From the NCBI RefSeq assembly GCF_001194135.2, contig NC_068987.1, positions 74,956,865-75,020,864 of the forward strand: 64,000 nt of DNA. Reading direction: 5' to 3'. A program made the translations under genes and the position numbers. The stretch's first letter is position 1. Every line of letters starts with the position of its first letter. This DNA is from Octopus bimaculoides (Eukaryota). This document shows positions 35,501-50,131 of the stretch, piece by piece. The notes under the pieces were generated by a model, which was not told where the DNA came from, did not search any database, and was given only the letters and a program-made list of their open reading frames with translations.

Positions 35501-38500
35501 AAGCTAAATAATGAAGTCACCCATGTTATATTCAAAGATGGAACCAAACGAACATGGGACCGTGCCAAGAAACTAGGTATCCCACTGGTGTCAGTTTTGT
35601 GGGTGGATAGGTGAGTTAATGTTTATGGGTATGTGTAAGGTTGCAAGCTGGCAGAATCGTTGGCATGCCAGGCAAAATGCTTAGCGGTATTTCATCTATG
35701 TGGAGGCGCAGTGGTCCAGTGGTTAGGGCAGCGGACTCGCGGTCATAGGATCATGGTTTTGATTCCCAGACCGGGCATTGTGAGTGTTTATTGAGCGAAA
35801 ACACCTAAAGCTTCACGAGGCTCCGGCAGGGGATGGTGGCGAACCCTGCTGTATTCTTTCACCACAACTTTCTCTCACTCTTACTTCCTGTTTCTGTTGT
35901 GCCTGTAATTCAAAGGGTCAGCCTTGTCACACTGTGTCACGCTGAATATCCCTGAGAACTATGTTAAGGGTACACGTGTCTGTGGAGTGCTCAGCCACTT
36001 GCATGTTAATTTCACGAGCAGGCTGTTCCGTTGATCGGATCAGCTGGAACCTCGACGTCGTAAGCGACGGAGTGCCAACAACAACATTTCATCTGTCTAT
36101 ATGTTGTGAGCTCAAGTTCTACTGAGATCAGCTTTGCCTTTCATCCTTTTGAGGTGAATAAAATAAGTACCTGTTAACCATGGTGGGTGGGGGGCAATAT
36201 AATCGACTTATTGCCTTCTCCCAAATTGCTGGCCTTGTCCCAAAATTTGAAACGGAGATTTATGGGTATGTGTGCCATGAAAAATTGCACTCAGTTCCAC
36301 TCTGTAAAGTGGTTGGTGTTAAGAAGGGTATCCACTTGTAGAAACCATATCAGAAACAAGACATTAAAGCTGGTCATGGCCAATTGAATCCCATAAAGCC
36401 ATCATACCACGCCAGCATGGAAAGCTGATATCTAATATAATAAATGTGAAAACTAATTTCTGTATGTCAGTGTGTCACACTTAGACCCCCTCTCTCACTA
36501 TTCAATGATAGTCCTACTATTACTCATGATGGGGTAAGAGTAATAGTAGGCATAGAGATGGTGAGGGCGGTGGCGAAAACAGAGAGAGAGAGAGAGAGAG
36601 AGAAAGAGACTAAGAAATTTAGGGAGAGTTGATGTTTTATTAAAAGTAGTTGTGTTGATGGTGGCAGTGGGAGTAATAAAAGAGGGAGATGATGTACAAC
36701 TTCATTTAACAGAAATTTGACAAATTCCTGTCGCCAACATACTGAACACTCATTTTTGTTTTATTTTTTGCTTTCTTTAATACACACACATATAAAATAC
36801 ACTTTAAATGAAATAAAGTTTCCCCAAAATCAAACACATCTAATATGATAAATGTGAATGTTAGTGTTTCACACTTTTTCAACTTTAATAAATCCTTNNN
36901 NNNNNNNNNNNNNNNNNNNNNNNNNNNNNNNNNNNNNNNNNNNNNNNNNNNNNNNNNNNNNNNNNNNNNNNNNNNNNNNNNNNNNNNNNNNNNNNNNNNN
37001 NNNNNNNNNNNNNNNNNNNNNNNNNNNNNNNNNNNNNNNNNNNNNNNNNNNNNNNNNNNNNNNNNNNNNNNNNNNNNNNNNNNNNNNNNNNNNNNNNNNN
37101 NNNNNNNNNNNNNNNNNNNNNNNNNNNNNNNNNNNNNNNNNNNNNNNNNNNNNNNNNNNNNNNNNNNNNNNNNNNNNNNNNNNNNNNNNNNNNNNNNNNN
37201 NNNNNNNNNNNNNNNNNNNNNNNNNNNNNNNNNNNNNNNNNNNNNNNNNNNNNNNNNNNNNNNNNNNNNNNNNTATATATATATATATATATGCACATAA
37301 AAAGCATCATCCGAACCTGGCTGATGCTAGTGTCCCCAGACTGGCTCCCTTGCCGGTGGCACGTAAAAAGCACCATCTAAATGTGATCAATGCCAGGCTC
37401 GTCTGGCTGGCTCCTGTGCTGTGGCACATAAAAAGCACCCACTACACTCTCTCAGTGGTTGGCGTTAGGAAGGGCATCCAGCTGTAGAAACATTGCCGGA
37501 TCAGATTGGAGCGTGGTGCAATTGCTGGCTTCCAGACGTCAGTCAAACTGTCCAACCCATACCAGCATGGAAAATGGACGTTAACCGACAATGATGATGA
37601 AAATTTAATAAATGTGTATGTCAGTGTGTCACTCTTTTTCAACAATACTCCTAGAGACCGTAGCCCAACATATATCATATTTTGAAATCAGGTTGACTCC
37701 GTGAGTAAATTAAAAACATTCCGGGCTGAGTCCAGACCCACAATCCTGAAATTATGGATTCGCAAGTTTTCATTACTGTGATTGTATTCGATGATTTTTT
37801 TACGTGACTTTGTGCGACAAATTTTTTTGTATGATAACAATTTTTATAATCTGAAAGCTAATTCTGCGAGTAAATTAAAAACATTCTGGTCTGAATCCGG
37901 ACCTGCAATCCTGAAATTTTGGATTCCTATGCTTTCATTACTGCAATTGTTTTTGGTGATGTTTTTTACACGATTTTTTGCAAGGAATATCATCATTGGG
38001 ATATGGCTCTGGAGAAAGCAATTGGAACAAATTCTCCAAAACAAGTCAGAGATCTGTTTGCAGATCTTCCCATTCAGGGTCAGTTGCTTAAAAGCTATTG
38101 TATTGTTGGCACTCCGTCGCTTATGATGTTGAGGGTTCCAGTTGATCCGATCAACGGAACAGCCTGCTCGTGAAATTAACGTGCAAGTGGCTGAGCACTC
38201 CACAGACACATGTGTACCCTTAACGTAGTTCTCGGGGATATTCAGCGTGACACAGAGTGTGACAAGGCTGACCCTTTGAATTACAGGTACATCAGAAACA
38301 GGAAGATAGAGTGAGAGAAAGTTGTGGTGGAAGGGTTTGCCACCCCTGCCGAAGCCTCGTGGATCTTTAGGTGTTTTCGCTCAATAAACACTCTCAACGC
38401 GCCCGATCTGAGAATCGAAACCGCGATCCTATGACCGTGAGTCCGCTGCCCTAACCACTGGGCCATTGCGCCTCCACTTAAAAGCTATATACTAGCTTAA

Positions 38501-41500
38501 AAGCTGCCCAATAGGACAGCTTTTAAGCTAGTGTATATACAGCCATCCATACATACATGCATGCATGCATGCAAAGAAACAATCCAAATCATCCTTATTT
38601 AATATCCACTTGTCCATGGATGGAATTTATTGAGGCAGAATTTCTACAGCCGGATGCCCTTCCTGTCACTAACCTTCACATGTTTCCAATCCCATGACCA
38701 GACATGTTTTTCATGGAAGACTGGAAACGAACAACCTCACTTGTGTGACCATGACGCTCTGACCTGCGGGAATATCTATATGGTCACTTGACTTGCTAGA
38801 AAAAACAGCTGAGTCTTTTAAATCATACCTAACCACCTTAGAAAATAATACCATCTACAATGTGGTCCAAAGGACATGTCACTCTGGAAAAAGACAGGAT
38901 TGTTATGGCTTGAATGTCTTTGACTAAACCACAACAATGATAATCATAGTTTATATGTAGTGATATGAGGTCCTAATGAAATTCTACTTGGAAATTTTTG
39001 TTTGCTTTCACTGTTTTTAATGCATTGTTTCTTTGATTTAGTTGCAAAAGAAGCCTACAGCATGCAGATGAAGAGGCATTCTTTGTCAGTACACCACATA
39101 ATATAGCTGAAGCAGAAATTAGTATATTTCCTAAGAAACGAGCCAAGGTAACTATGCATATTTTTGTGGGTTGTGTTATTTTGGTTTTCAATTCTGTTTT
39201 CATTTCCAAACTAGAACTTCTCATTGGCTATTACTGCCCCTTTTTACTCTTGCTTGACTCAGATATAATTGGGAGTAGGGGTGTGGTTGTCAGTGGTCAG
39301 TAAACTGCTTTGTCCATCTCAGCAAAACTGAGGTCCTGTCAAACCTCCCTCCATCTTCTTATACTCATCCCTTCAATCTTCTATCTGTGGTACTACTTAC
39401 TCAAATGCTGTTAATGATACCATCTGTCTCCCTACACTTCACATTGTATCCCTACTTCTGTCCTTTATCATCTCTTCTGCCACCCTGACCCACTCTTATT
39501 TCCTCCCTCCAAACTGCCCATTTCTAATCTTCTATCACACTCTTTTCATATACTCTTATGCACTTACTTGCCTACCCACTTTTTTGTTTCTCTATCCCTA
39601 AACTCTTTCTCTTATTCACTTTGTACCTTGAGGATATGTACCTCCCCCTCCTCTCTCCTGCTGGGGGAGCAGTGAATTTATTTCTTCAGCAAGGCACTCA
39701 TTCCTGTTCCTCAATCATGCATTCACAACCTTCAATACTATGCTCCTCTCACGTGGGGGGGTCTTATCTTGTGAGTACTTGGTGGCTTCACAAAAGTTGG
39801 TGCCACAAAAAAAAGTGGTTGGTGTTAGGAAGGGAGTCCAGCTGTAGAAACCATGCCAAAGCAGCCCTCTAACTAGTTGGTTCCTGTCAAAGCATCCAAT
39901 CTCTGTCACTACAGTAAAAGGGACATTAAATATTTATATAAATGTATAGATACAGGCATGCCTGTGCTTAATAAGTTGGCAACTTGGGCGAGGGTTTTTT
40001 TTACAGTAGACCTGGGTCAACCAAAGCCTTGTGAGTGGATTTTGCAGACAGAAACTGAAAGAATCCTATTGTATGTGCATGTATACACTTATGTGCATGT
40101 TTTGTCTCTTTGCTTTGGCATTACATGATAGCTGTAAATGAGCATCGCTGTCATACAAGCAGTGTCATTCATTTCCAGTATTCTCCAAAAACATGTCTGG
40201 CCTTGAAGTATTTACCTTGCTTGGAAGCAGTTGAGGATTGGCAAGAAAGTCATCCAGCCATAGAAAATCATCATTTTTTATGTTCTTTTTCCATGCAAGC
40301 ATTAAAAAATGTTGGACTTGTTTTTCACAAGTCTGACTGTACTGAGAAGTCCATGTGGTCTTGTATACACAGATATATTTTTCAAATAAAATCTGTCAGA
40401 ATTCTAGACAGAAAAATCCATTCCTTGAAGTTTCCTCTTCTCCCTCTTCTATATTCCTTCTTTCCTGCTTGTCCTCCCTTCCTTACTTTCTGTTACTTTC
40501 CAAAATCATTCCCCCAGTTTATCTTCATTGGCTTCTATCTTCCCACACAAACCTATTTTACTTTTTGTTTGATCAAAAATTCATAAAATTGAAATGTACC
40601 ACATTCACACATCTTTGTGCATGCTCTTGTGTGTGTGTGTTTGTATCTACCCACCCATGCATGCAAGCAAATATATTTATATGTATATATACATATTACA
40701 GGGGTTTCGATGCATGCAGCCCAAGAACTTGAATGAGGAGTTTGAAGACAGTTCCCAGCGGTGCCGTCGTCGAAGGAAGCGTTCTCATAAAACAAATGAG
40801 CAACAAAATTCTAGTCTGAGTGATGTTTATTTCACGCCTGTCTCAGATGTAAGTACAAGTATTTCTTTTTGCTCTATTTTCTGTTTTCTTATTTCATGCT
40901 TGTTTTTATAATTTTTGTTCCTCAATGATTATCATCATCATCATCATTTAATGTCTGTTGTCCATGCTGGCATGGGTTGGACGGTTTGATCAGGGCTGGT
41001 AAGCTGAGGGACTGCCCCAGACTCCAGTCTGATTTGGCATGGTTTATATGGCTGGATGCCCTTCCTAATGCGAACCACTTTACAGTGTGCTGGGTGCTTT
41101 TACGTGCCACTGGCATAGGTGCCAGTTGTGTGACACCAGTATCTGCCACGACTTCAATTTTATTGGGCTTGATGGGTCTTCTCAAGCACAGCATATTGCC
41201 AAGGGTCTTGGTTATTTGTAGTGCCTTCATGAAGCCCCAAAATTATAGGTATGACCACTTGTGAGGCCTGAAGGTCATAGGTATGACTACTTCACATGTA
41301 TATGTGTGTTGTTTGAGTGACCTCTGTCATTTCTGCTGGAGTAGGAGACAGTCATATCATTAGATCAGCAGTGAAAATGCCTTGCTATGTTTAGTTGCAA
41401 TCTTAAAAACTCAGAATGGGGTCAGCATTGCTTTAGATCTTTTGGGGGCTGACAAAATAAACCATCAGTCAAGAACAAATGCCAGTATAACCAACTGTAT

Positions 41501-44500
41501 TCTCCTCTACTCTGAAAGACAAAATAAAAGTTTGTGTTGTATACAATATCTTTTACTTGTTTCGGTCATTCGACTGTGGCCATTCTAGGGCACTGCTTTG
41601 AAGGGTTTAGTCAAACAAATCGACCTCATACTTGTTTTTCAGGCTGATACTTCTTCTATTGGTTCTTTTATGGGGATGTAACAAAAACCAACACTAGATG
41701 TCAAGCAATAGTAGATGACAACTGCAAACACACACATACATATATTTGACAGGCTGTTTACTATAAATTTGTGTTTTTTTTTTTTGCTATTTTACATGAA
41801 ATTTTCATTACTAATTTAAGACAATTACTTTGAGAACTTGATAAATAGCTTTCCATCCATTAACCATTGAACCGTAAAGTAATAGAGGAGGCTACTTTTT
41901 GTAGGGGGAGGGGATAAGTCAATTACATTGGAGTAAGCAGATTTGTGTCCCTTGTTCACTGTGGAGGCTGTTAGATGTAATGGACTAAGTCTCAATAAAT
42001 AACTAGATAAATATCTTAAAAAGGTGTTTGTCATTGTACCATTTAATGTCAAACGTCCAACTCATGCTAGCATGGAAAGCGGATGTTAAACGACGATGAT
42101 GATGATGTCATTTAGTCCGAAGTCAGTTCCAGTATATCAGACTAAGGGTCAAAGGTGTTTAGCTTTGGCTCCTTGGATCTATTCCATCTCAATCACATAT
42201 TTTTTTAATTAATTTTTTTTAACTAAACAGTTTGAAACTTCAAATAGTGGTAGAACTTCTCATGTAGAACACGGTATACTTTGTGCGTTTTTGACAAAAT
42301 TTCCTATTTTAGAAGTTATTTCATGTTAATGTTGTGTTTGAGTAATTTCAACCAATCAACGATGTGTATTCGGTTGAAGAAAGCTACTGCTGTTTGTGAT
42401 AGTAATCAAAGAGGAACAACTTCTGGGTCATCTCTACTAAATATCACCACTCTTTTCTATTCGTCAAAATATAAAGAAGGATCATTAATTAAAAACAATG
42501 TTTATTTTCCAGTTCAAACAAAATGTACCCCGTTTAACTACACCCCCGAGAATGAAGGAAAGACTCCTTGAATACAGCAGAAGCCAAGGTATGTGTTTGT
42601 GTTTCTCCCATAACTTTATTACTCCATTCTTGTCAAGTCTGTGACTGATATTTCCATGAACTGTACTGCATGCAAAAACTATTTTGTGACAGTAACTTCT
42701 GTTTCTAGTTTAATTAGTCAGACTGTTTTCAGGTTTATGTTGTTTCCTACTCTATGTGTGTTTTGTAACTGTATGTCTATATATTTGTATTTGTGTATAT
42801 ATAGTATTTTCGTTTATTACTGTTTGTCAACAGGAGAGCTATTAAGCTATTATAAATATGATGAAAGTGAAAACCAACACCTGTGGCTTGCACAGCTCTC
42901 TCAACCATTCATCATTAGCGTTTTAGAGAACACCAGAACACTAAGCATAGTATATTATTAACAATCTGTGCCGGTGGCACGTAAATAGCACCGTTCGAGC
43001 GTGATCATTACCAGCGTCGCCTTGCTGGCAATTGTGCCGGTGGCATGTGAAAAAACATTCAAGCGAGGTCATTGCCAGTGCCACTGGACTGGCTCCTGTG
43101 CAGGTGGCAGGTAAAAAACACCATTTGAGCGTGGCCGTTGCCAGTACCGTCTGACTGGCCCTCGTGCCAGTGGCATGTAAAAGCACCCACTACACTCTTG
43201 GAGTGGCTGGCATTAGGAAGGGCATCCAACTGTAGAAACTCTGCCAAATCAGATTGGAGCCTGGTGCAGCCATCTTGTTCGCCAGTCCTCAGTCAAATCG
43301 TCCAACCCATGCTAGCATGGAAAGCGGACGTTAAATGATGATGATGATGATATGGGGGTGGGGTCATGTGTATGTATATATGTGTATGCATGAAGATTTG
43401 AGAGTTAGTTTATTTGTATGCACATTTATTAAGTGGTTCTGTTAGATATAGTTCAGTGAGGGTGGTCTATTGGTACCCAACACTTATTCTAAAATGAAAT
43501 GTGTGTATGTATCTGTATATGTGTGTAAGTGTCTGCATGTCTGTGCATGTATCCTTTAAGCCTGTCTTCAGTGTTGATATTGTTGTAAATTAAGATAATC
43601 TTTCTATTGTCTTTTTTTTTCTCTTCCAGATAACACCCCTATTTGCCATCGTTCTTTCCAGAAACAGATCTTCAGTAAGTATTATACAGTCCCTTTAACT
43701 AGGTACATCTCCTTCATTGTACTGTTTTTCTTCACTTGAAAAGCTGCTCACTGTGTGAATTTGCTGTTCTATGTGCTGAGAATACTGTTCTATTAATCAT
43801 GCCTCATAAATAGCGCTGGTGCCAGTGCCAAATAAAAAGTAGCGTATACACTCTGTAAAATGGTTGGTGTTAGAAAAGACATCCATCTGTAGAAACCAAA
43901 CCAAAACACACAATTGGAGCCTGGTGTAGCTCTCTGCCTGGCCTGCTCTGATCAAAACTGTTCAACCCATGCCAGCATGGAAAATGGACGTTAAATGATG
44001 ATGATACATTATTTACATCATTTACATTTGACGGATATTTGTCCTCATCTTGTCTGCCAAATCAGATTGGAGCCTGGTGTAGCCATCTGGTTCACCAGTC
44101 CTCAGTCAAGTCGTCCAACCCATGCTAGCATGGAAAGCGGACGTTAAACGATGATGATGATGATGATGATGCACATAATATGCACCCAGATAGTTCTTGA
44201 TTCAATATTACTGCATCTGCATAGCAGCCTGTGCATGTGTCTTCAAATGTAACCTAATGTTGACCAATACTTTGTGTATGAAATTTGGTAAATGGAAATG
44301 GCTATGAGTTAAGAAGTTTGCTTCCCAACCACATGGTTCTGGGTTCAGTCCCACTGCATGGCACCAATGTCTTCTACTACAGCCTTGGGCCAACCAAAGC
44401 CTTGTGAGTGGATTTGATGGACAAATTGAAAGAAGTGTGTCATACATGTGTGTCTTTGTGTTTGTCCCCAACCACCACTAGACAACCAGCGTTGGTTTGT

Positions 44501-47500
44501 TTACATTCTCATAACTTAGTGGTTTGACAAAAAGATAACCATAGAATAAGTACCATGCTTAAAAAAAGTAAGTGTTGGTGTTGATTTATTCAGTTCAGAA
44601 ATTCTTCAAGGATGTGCTCCAGCATGGCCACTGTCTAATGACTGAAGCAAGTGAAAGATAAAACAAACCCATTGTTATGTCTAACATCATCTTATATGTG
44701 TATGTGTATTTTTGCTGATATAAGGTGCACATCATATTAAGTAACTTGATGTTCTCTTTTTTAAAGGTGGCTGTAGTAGAAGTTATTGCTGTTGTTTTTT
44801 ATTACTGGCATTAAGAAGGGCATCCAGCTGTAGAAACAATGCCAAAGCGGACAGTGAAGCCTGGTGCATTCTTGCGGCTTGCCAGCTCCTGTCAAACCAT
44901 CTAACCCATGCCAGTATAGAAAACGGATGTTAAATGATTTGAATGCTTATGATGATGATGTGGCTGCAGCTGCTTCAATAACCACTGGTGTGATTGCTGC
45001 AGCCAAGGTCATGGAAGTTGGCATTCAGCTCTCATCTTCTGTGGTCCAGTAAGCTTTGAAGTGGTTTGGTGTACCACGAATGTAAACAATTTGTTTTTCT
45101 ACTTTCGATGACCACCTGTATCTGCTGACACTGTGTGAAATAAAAGTAAAAGGAAATTTCTCCAGAATAACCAGCATAGGGAACTCTAGTGACATTCCCA
45201 TTTGGTTCTCTTGGAGTAGGTGTGGGCTTGAGTTATGTTATTTCTCAATATAATACAGTCAGAACATAGTGATGGGTAAAATACCGCTAAGCATCATCCA
45301 GCATGCTAACAATTCTGCCAGCTCGCCCCCTTAATATTCTCTTACTTGTTTTAGTCATTTGACTGCGGCCATGCTGGAGCACCACCTTTAGTCGAGCAAA
45401 TCGACCCCGGGACTTATTCTTTGTAAGCCTAGTACTTATTCTATCGGTCTCTTTTGCTGAACCGCTAAGTGACGGGGACATAAACACACCAGCATCGGTT
45501 GTCAAGCAATGCTAGGGACACACACACACACACACACACACATAAATATATATATATATATACATATATACGACGGGCTTCTTTCAGTTTCCGTCTACCA
45601 AATCCACTCACAAGGCTTTGGTCGGCCCGAGGCTATAGTAGAAGACACTTGCCCAAGATGCCACACAGTGGCACTGAACCCGGAACCATGTGTTTGGTAA
45701 GCAAGCTACTTACCACACAGCCACTCCTGCGCCTATATGATAATAATAATTTCTAATAAACTGTGTTTTATTCTTTGTAGATGATGGTTCTGATGTAGAG
45801 AACAGTAGCCCTTCTGAAGACAAAGAAATGTTGAAGACTGAGAGTTTTAAGCTACATAATTCTGATGGCTCCACTCAACAGGACAGTTTGGCTTCAGCAT
45901 CTTATCTCTCTATCAACAATCAAATGTCTTTTGTTCCCACCAAGTCGTCCGATCTTACTTGTCTGCCAAATCAACTCGACGTTTTAAATGACACAAAACA
46001 GAATCCTAAAGCAGTAAGTGAAATCGATCAACTGGATCAAAATGCCAAAATAAAAGTCAGTCCAGATTTACCAATGAAGTCATCGATATACTGTTCCATG
46101 ATGTCTTCATCATTAGATGTGAAATCTGCTGAAAATTCTTCTACAGATGTTAGTGATGTTCCTGAGGATGTTGATGTGAATGTGAGCAGCACTGTCTTCA
46201 AGGAAGCTGACATTTTCAGTAACAGTCCTATTGAAAATCTGTCTAGTTCATTACTATCAAGTGACTGTGACACAAGTTTGACAAGCTTCAAAAGATCTCA
46301 GAGGATTTCTAGACAGAAATTTGCTCACAGAGAGACAATGCATGTACTTGGTATTAGTGATGAAGACTATGTCTCATCTAAAACAAGTAGTTTATCAAAT
46401 GCTAACATTCCATCTTATAGAACTGATGATGTAGGTACTAACATATCTAGTTTCACTGTAAATCAGGAGGAAGTATTGATAAATGGCAATACACAAAACT
46501 CAAACACCCTGTCTTCCTTGTTGTCTTGGAAGAGTGTGGGAAGTTTAGACAATTCTCAAGAGAGTAAAGCTTGGGAGATGGAAATTGAGAAAGAGAAACA
46601 AGTCAGAGAGTCACAACAGACATCTTCCTCTTGCTTGGACCAGTCAGATACCATTATCTCAGATGACCAAACTCTTGGGCCCAGAGTCAAGCGAAGGAAA
46701 CTTGACTTCCCTACTACTGTGTCTCTGACTACAAGGAACCTTCGACCTGTCAAGAAATATTTGGTGATGACCAGTATGTCTACCTCGTAAGTAAACTTTA
46801 TGTTAATGGTATTGTCCTCATTAGAGGTAGCATGAAACTTTTGGTAATTTAAGGGTTTACTAAACTCCACAGTAGCATCTTTCATCTCAGTATTGTCACT
46901 CCCTAACTTTAGCAATAGTAGGAACACTATGAATGTTAACACCTCAACTATCGTTGCTAACTGACTTGCCATCAGCCATGTACCATTTATATAATCTATC
47001 TCACATTTTCGTGTAACAGGTGGTAGATAACCTAAAATTATCGTGGACTAGTTTGAAATGAAAACTTTCAGTCTCCCCAAATACAGTTGATACTCACTGA
47101 TTTTTGTAGCCTGTATTTGACGAAAATATGTATTAACCAGTGGTACATCAACTATTTATTATTATACAAAATAGAGTTGTTTTTTTTTTAATGTATAGTT
47201 AATGAAACCCCCTGTTAATGGATGGTACACCTAGTATACCATTTCTACGATATTAACATTTCTTTCCAAATTTCATGTTTTTTTTTTTTGTCTAGTAAAG
47301 GAATACTTTTCATCTTACGAGGTTTTTAGTTTCATTCAACAACCAAATTGCATTTGGGAAGAACCGTCTGGCATTTGCTCTAAATTGCAGCAAAATACAC
47401 CTGCTTGATAATTAGCATGCATTATAAGTTCTTTGTTTGGAGGAAATGACTCTTGTGTATGTGTACCATGTTGGAACATGTCATGCCAGGTGACACTAAT

Positions 47501-49984
47501 ATTTAATGTTTTCTTCTCTTCATACATATGGTATGATATACAATTGCTTCTGACAAGGGACTAAGTTGTCAGATGGAATGAATAATATACATGTTATTGG
47601 GTTGTCCAGAAAGTTTGTGCCGATTTATAGTAGCTTACTTTTCGACTTATTTGCCATGAAGCCACCTCGATTCTGAGAAGAGGGTATTTTCAAGTTAAAG
47701 GAAAGATAGAGACGCATTATGCAACAAAATGGTTCATATTTGGTTGATTAAAAATGTAATGGCAAGTATTTATTGACCTTTTTCATTCCTTTAAAACTCG
47801 GCACGAACTTTCTGGACAACCCAATAGATACACGTTTTCAAAACGTGTATGTACCATTCATGCTTGATTACTAATTTGAAGGTTTTGTTCTTTCTTTTCT
47901 CAAAGAATCCATTTATAAAATCACATCTGGTGAATACATTGAATCAAACCAAGGCCAAATTAACATAAAAACCATGCTGACTGTAAAGGGACTTGATGTC
48001 AAGTTTATGGCACCTCTTCTGTGCACATCCCTTGCTAATAATGAGCACATTAGTATCCATTCTCTTTATAACCCCACTCCCGCAAAAAAATCGACCATGG
48101 TCAGAATTTCCAATCGCATTTAATTGTTTGATCAACAAAACTATTAGCGTCATTGGATTAGCATATAAGTGGCTGAGTAAACTACAGATACTTGTAACCT
48201 TAGCATAATTCTCAAGCATAATTAGCATGTCTGTGTGAAAAGGTTCGACCTTTGAATTACAGGTACAGTTCGTCAGTTTCTGTCTGCCTAGTTTCAGTCA
48301 CAAGTTATAGGTCAATCTGTGGCTATAAACAGCAATGTTTACTGAGGTGCAGCCCTGTGGAATCAAAATAAAGCCTCATGATTGTGAAATGAACTTCTTA
48401 ATAATTTTGCCAGTGGAACTGATGTGGATGATGATGGTTTTGGCTGATGAAGATGCTTCTGAGCATACTCTTCAGGACGAAATATCCAGATGTCAGCTTC
48501 TTTCTGACTACAGTGCAATTCCAGCTTGGGTACTGTCTTTACCATTCCACCATCATCATCATCATCATCGTTTAATGTCCGCTTTCCATGCTAGCATGGG
48601 TTGGACGATTTGACTGAGGACTGGTGAAACCAGATGGCTGCACCGGGCTCCAATCTGATTTGGCAGAGTTTCTACAGCTGGATGCCCTTCCTAACGCCAA
48701 CCACTCTGAGAGTGTAGTGGGTGCGTTTACGTGCCACCGGCACGAAGGCCAGTCAGGCGGTACTGGCAACGGCCACACTCAAATGGTGTATTTTATGTGC
48801 CACCCTCACAAGAGCCAGACCAGGGGCACTGGCAACGATCTCGCTCGAAAGTCCTTACACATGCCATGGCCATGATTCTCTAAAAGTGTATGATACTCTT
48901 TCCCGTATGCTAAGTACACTGTTATGTTCTTGTACACCTCAGCTGAGTACCTCTGCCAAACACGATACTCTACAAATGATTTTTTTTTATTCTCCCCTGT
49001 GTTGAGGAATTTTTTTCACTGGGTTGTTTTGTATGGTTGATCATTTTTATGCCTGTGGCAGCATGATACCTCTTTCAGCACTGTTGAAGTTTATGTTTGG
49101 TGTTAGGAAGGGCATCCAGCTGTAGAAACCATACCAAAATCAAACGGGGAGCCTGAACAGCCCTTCAGCTGGTCAGCTCTTAGCAAACTATCTAATTCAT
49201 GTCAGCATGGAAAGCAGATGTTAAATGATGATGATGATGTTTGGTTAGGCATCTCTCACAAAATGGATCTTGCTTGTTCCTTTTGGTCAGCTTGTTTCAC
49301 TAATCAAAACTTGTTTCGCTAATCAAAACTTGTTTCGCTAATCAAAACTTTTAAAGTTGGAACCCCAGCAAAATCACAATCTGTGACATTAAATATTTTT
49401 TTATATTTTAGATTCTATTTTAGTTCCAAATTTTCTTTATTCAGATATTCATTTTAATAAAAAAAAAAATTCTTTTTTCTTGATTTTTTTTTTTCTGTTT
49501 AAAAATTCATATTTCTATGACTTGGTGTACTTCTAGAGATCAAGAAATGGTGAAATCTGTAGCCAAAACCCTGGGTGAATGCGTAATCAGTGACATTGTG
49601 AAGAAGTCCACGACACATGTAATCTGTGGTATGCCTAGGCGCACACTCAACGTGCTCTTTGCTCTTTCTCAGGGATGCTGGCTTGTCAGTAAAGAATGGG
49701 TAAGTCAAGATTTCATTCTTTAAACATTTAGAATTCAAATTACTTTGTCAGATGTTATTTTTTTTTCATTCACATTGTTTTGAATTAATTATGCATTATC
49801 TCATAGATTTGAGGTTTTGATGGTGTGGTTGTTTATTTTTAAAATGATTTTGTAGGGTGGCTGTAGGAGGTCAGATCAGGCTAGCTTAAACATAAAACAA
49901 GTAGAATATTTGGACCAGATATGGCTGGTTTAAATGCTAATGGGTTAACTAATTCTACTGTTTCATACTACTACTTACTTGTTG

Positions 49985-50020
<36 letters not shown>

Positions 50021-50099
50021 NNNNNNNNNNNNNNNNNNNNNNNNNNNNNNNNNNNNNNNNNNNNNNNNNNNNNNNNTATATATATACATATATATATAC

Positions 50100-50131
<32 letters not shown>

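Noticed and set aside
35701-35780. tRNA-like sequences (also 30274, 53429, 61333)
   Set aside because: They have A/B boxes but no complete cloverleaf, and continue into SINE bodies with tails and TSDs; not tRNA genes.
45828-46790. 320-aa ORF as a standalone gene
   Set aside because: It is the large internal MCPH1 exon; the apparent stop is the TAA within the GTAAGT donor.
46556-46972. 138-aa antisense ORF overlapping MCPH1 exon 7
   Set aside because: More than half is the antisense shadow of the real exon; no homology or independent gene signals.
48572-49005. Recurrent peptides such as LQLDALPNANH / EWLALGRASSCRN in many short ORFs
   Set aside because: They are reading frames of the non-coding family A repeat, with inconsistent frames and stops between copies.
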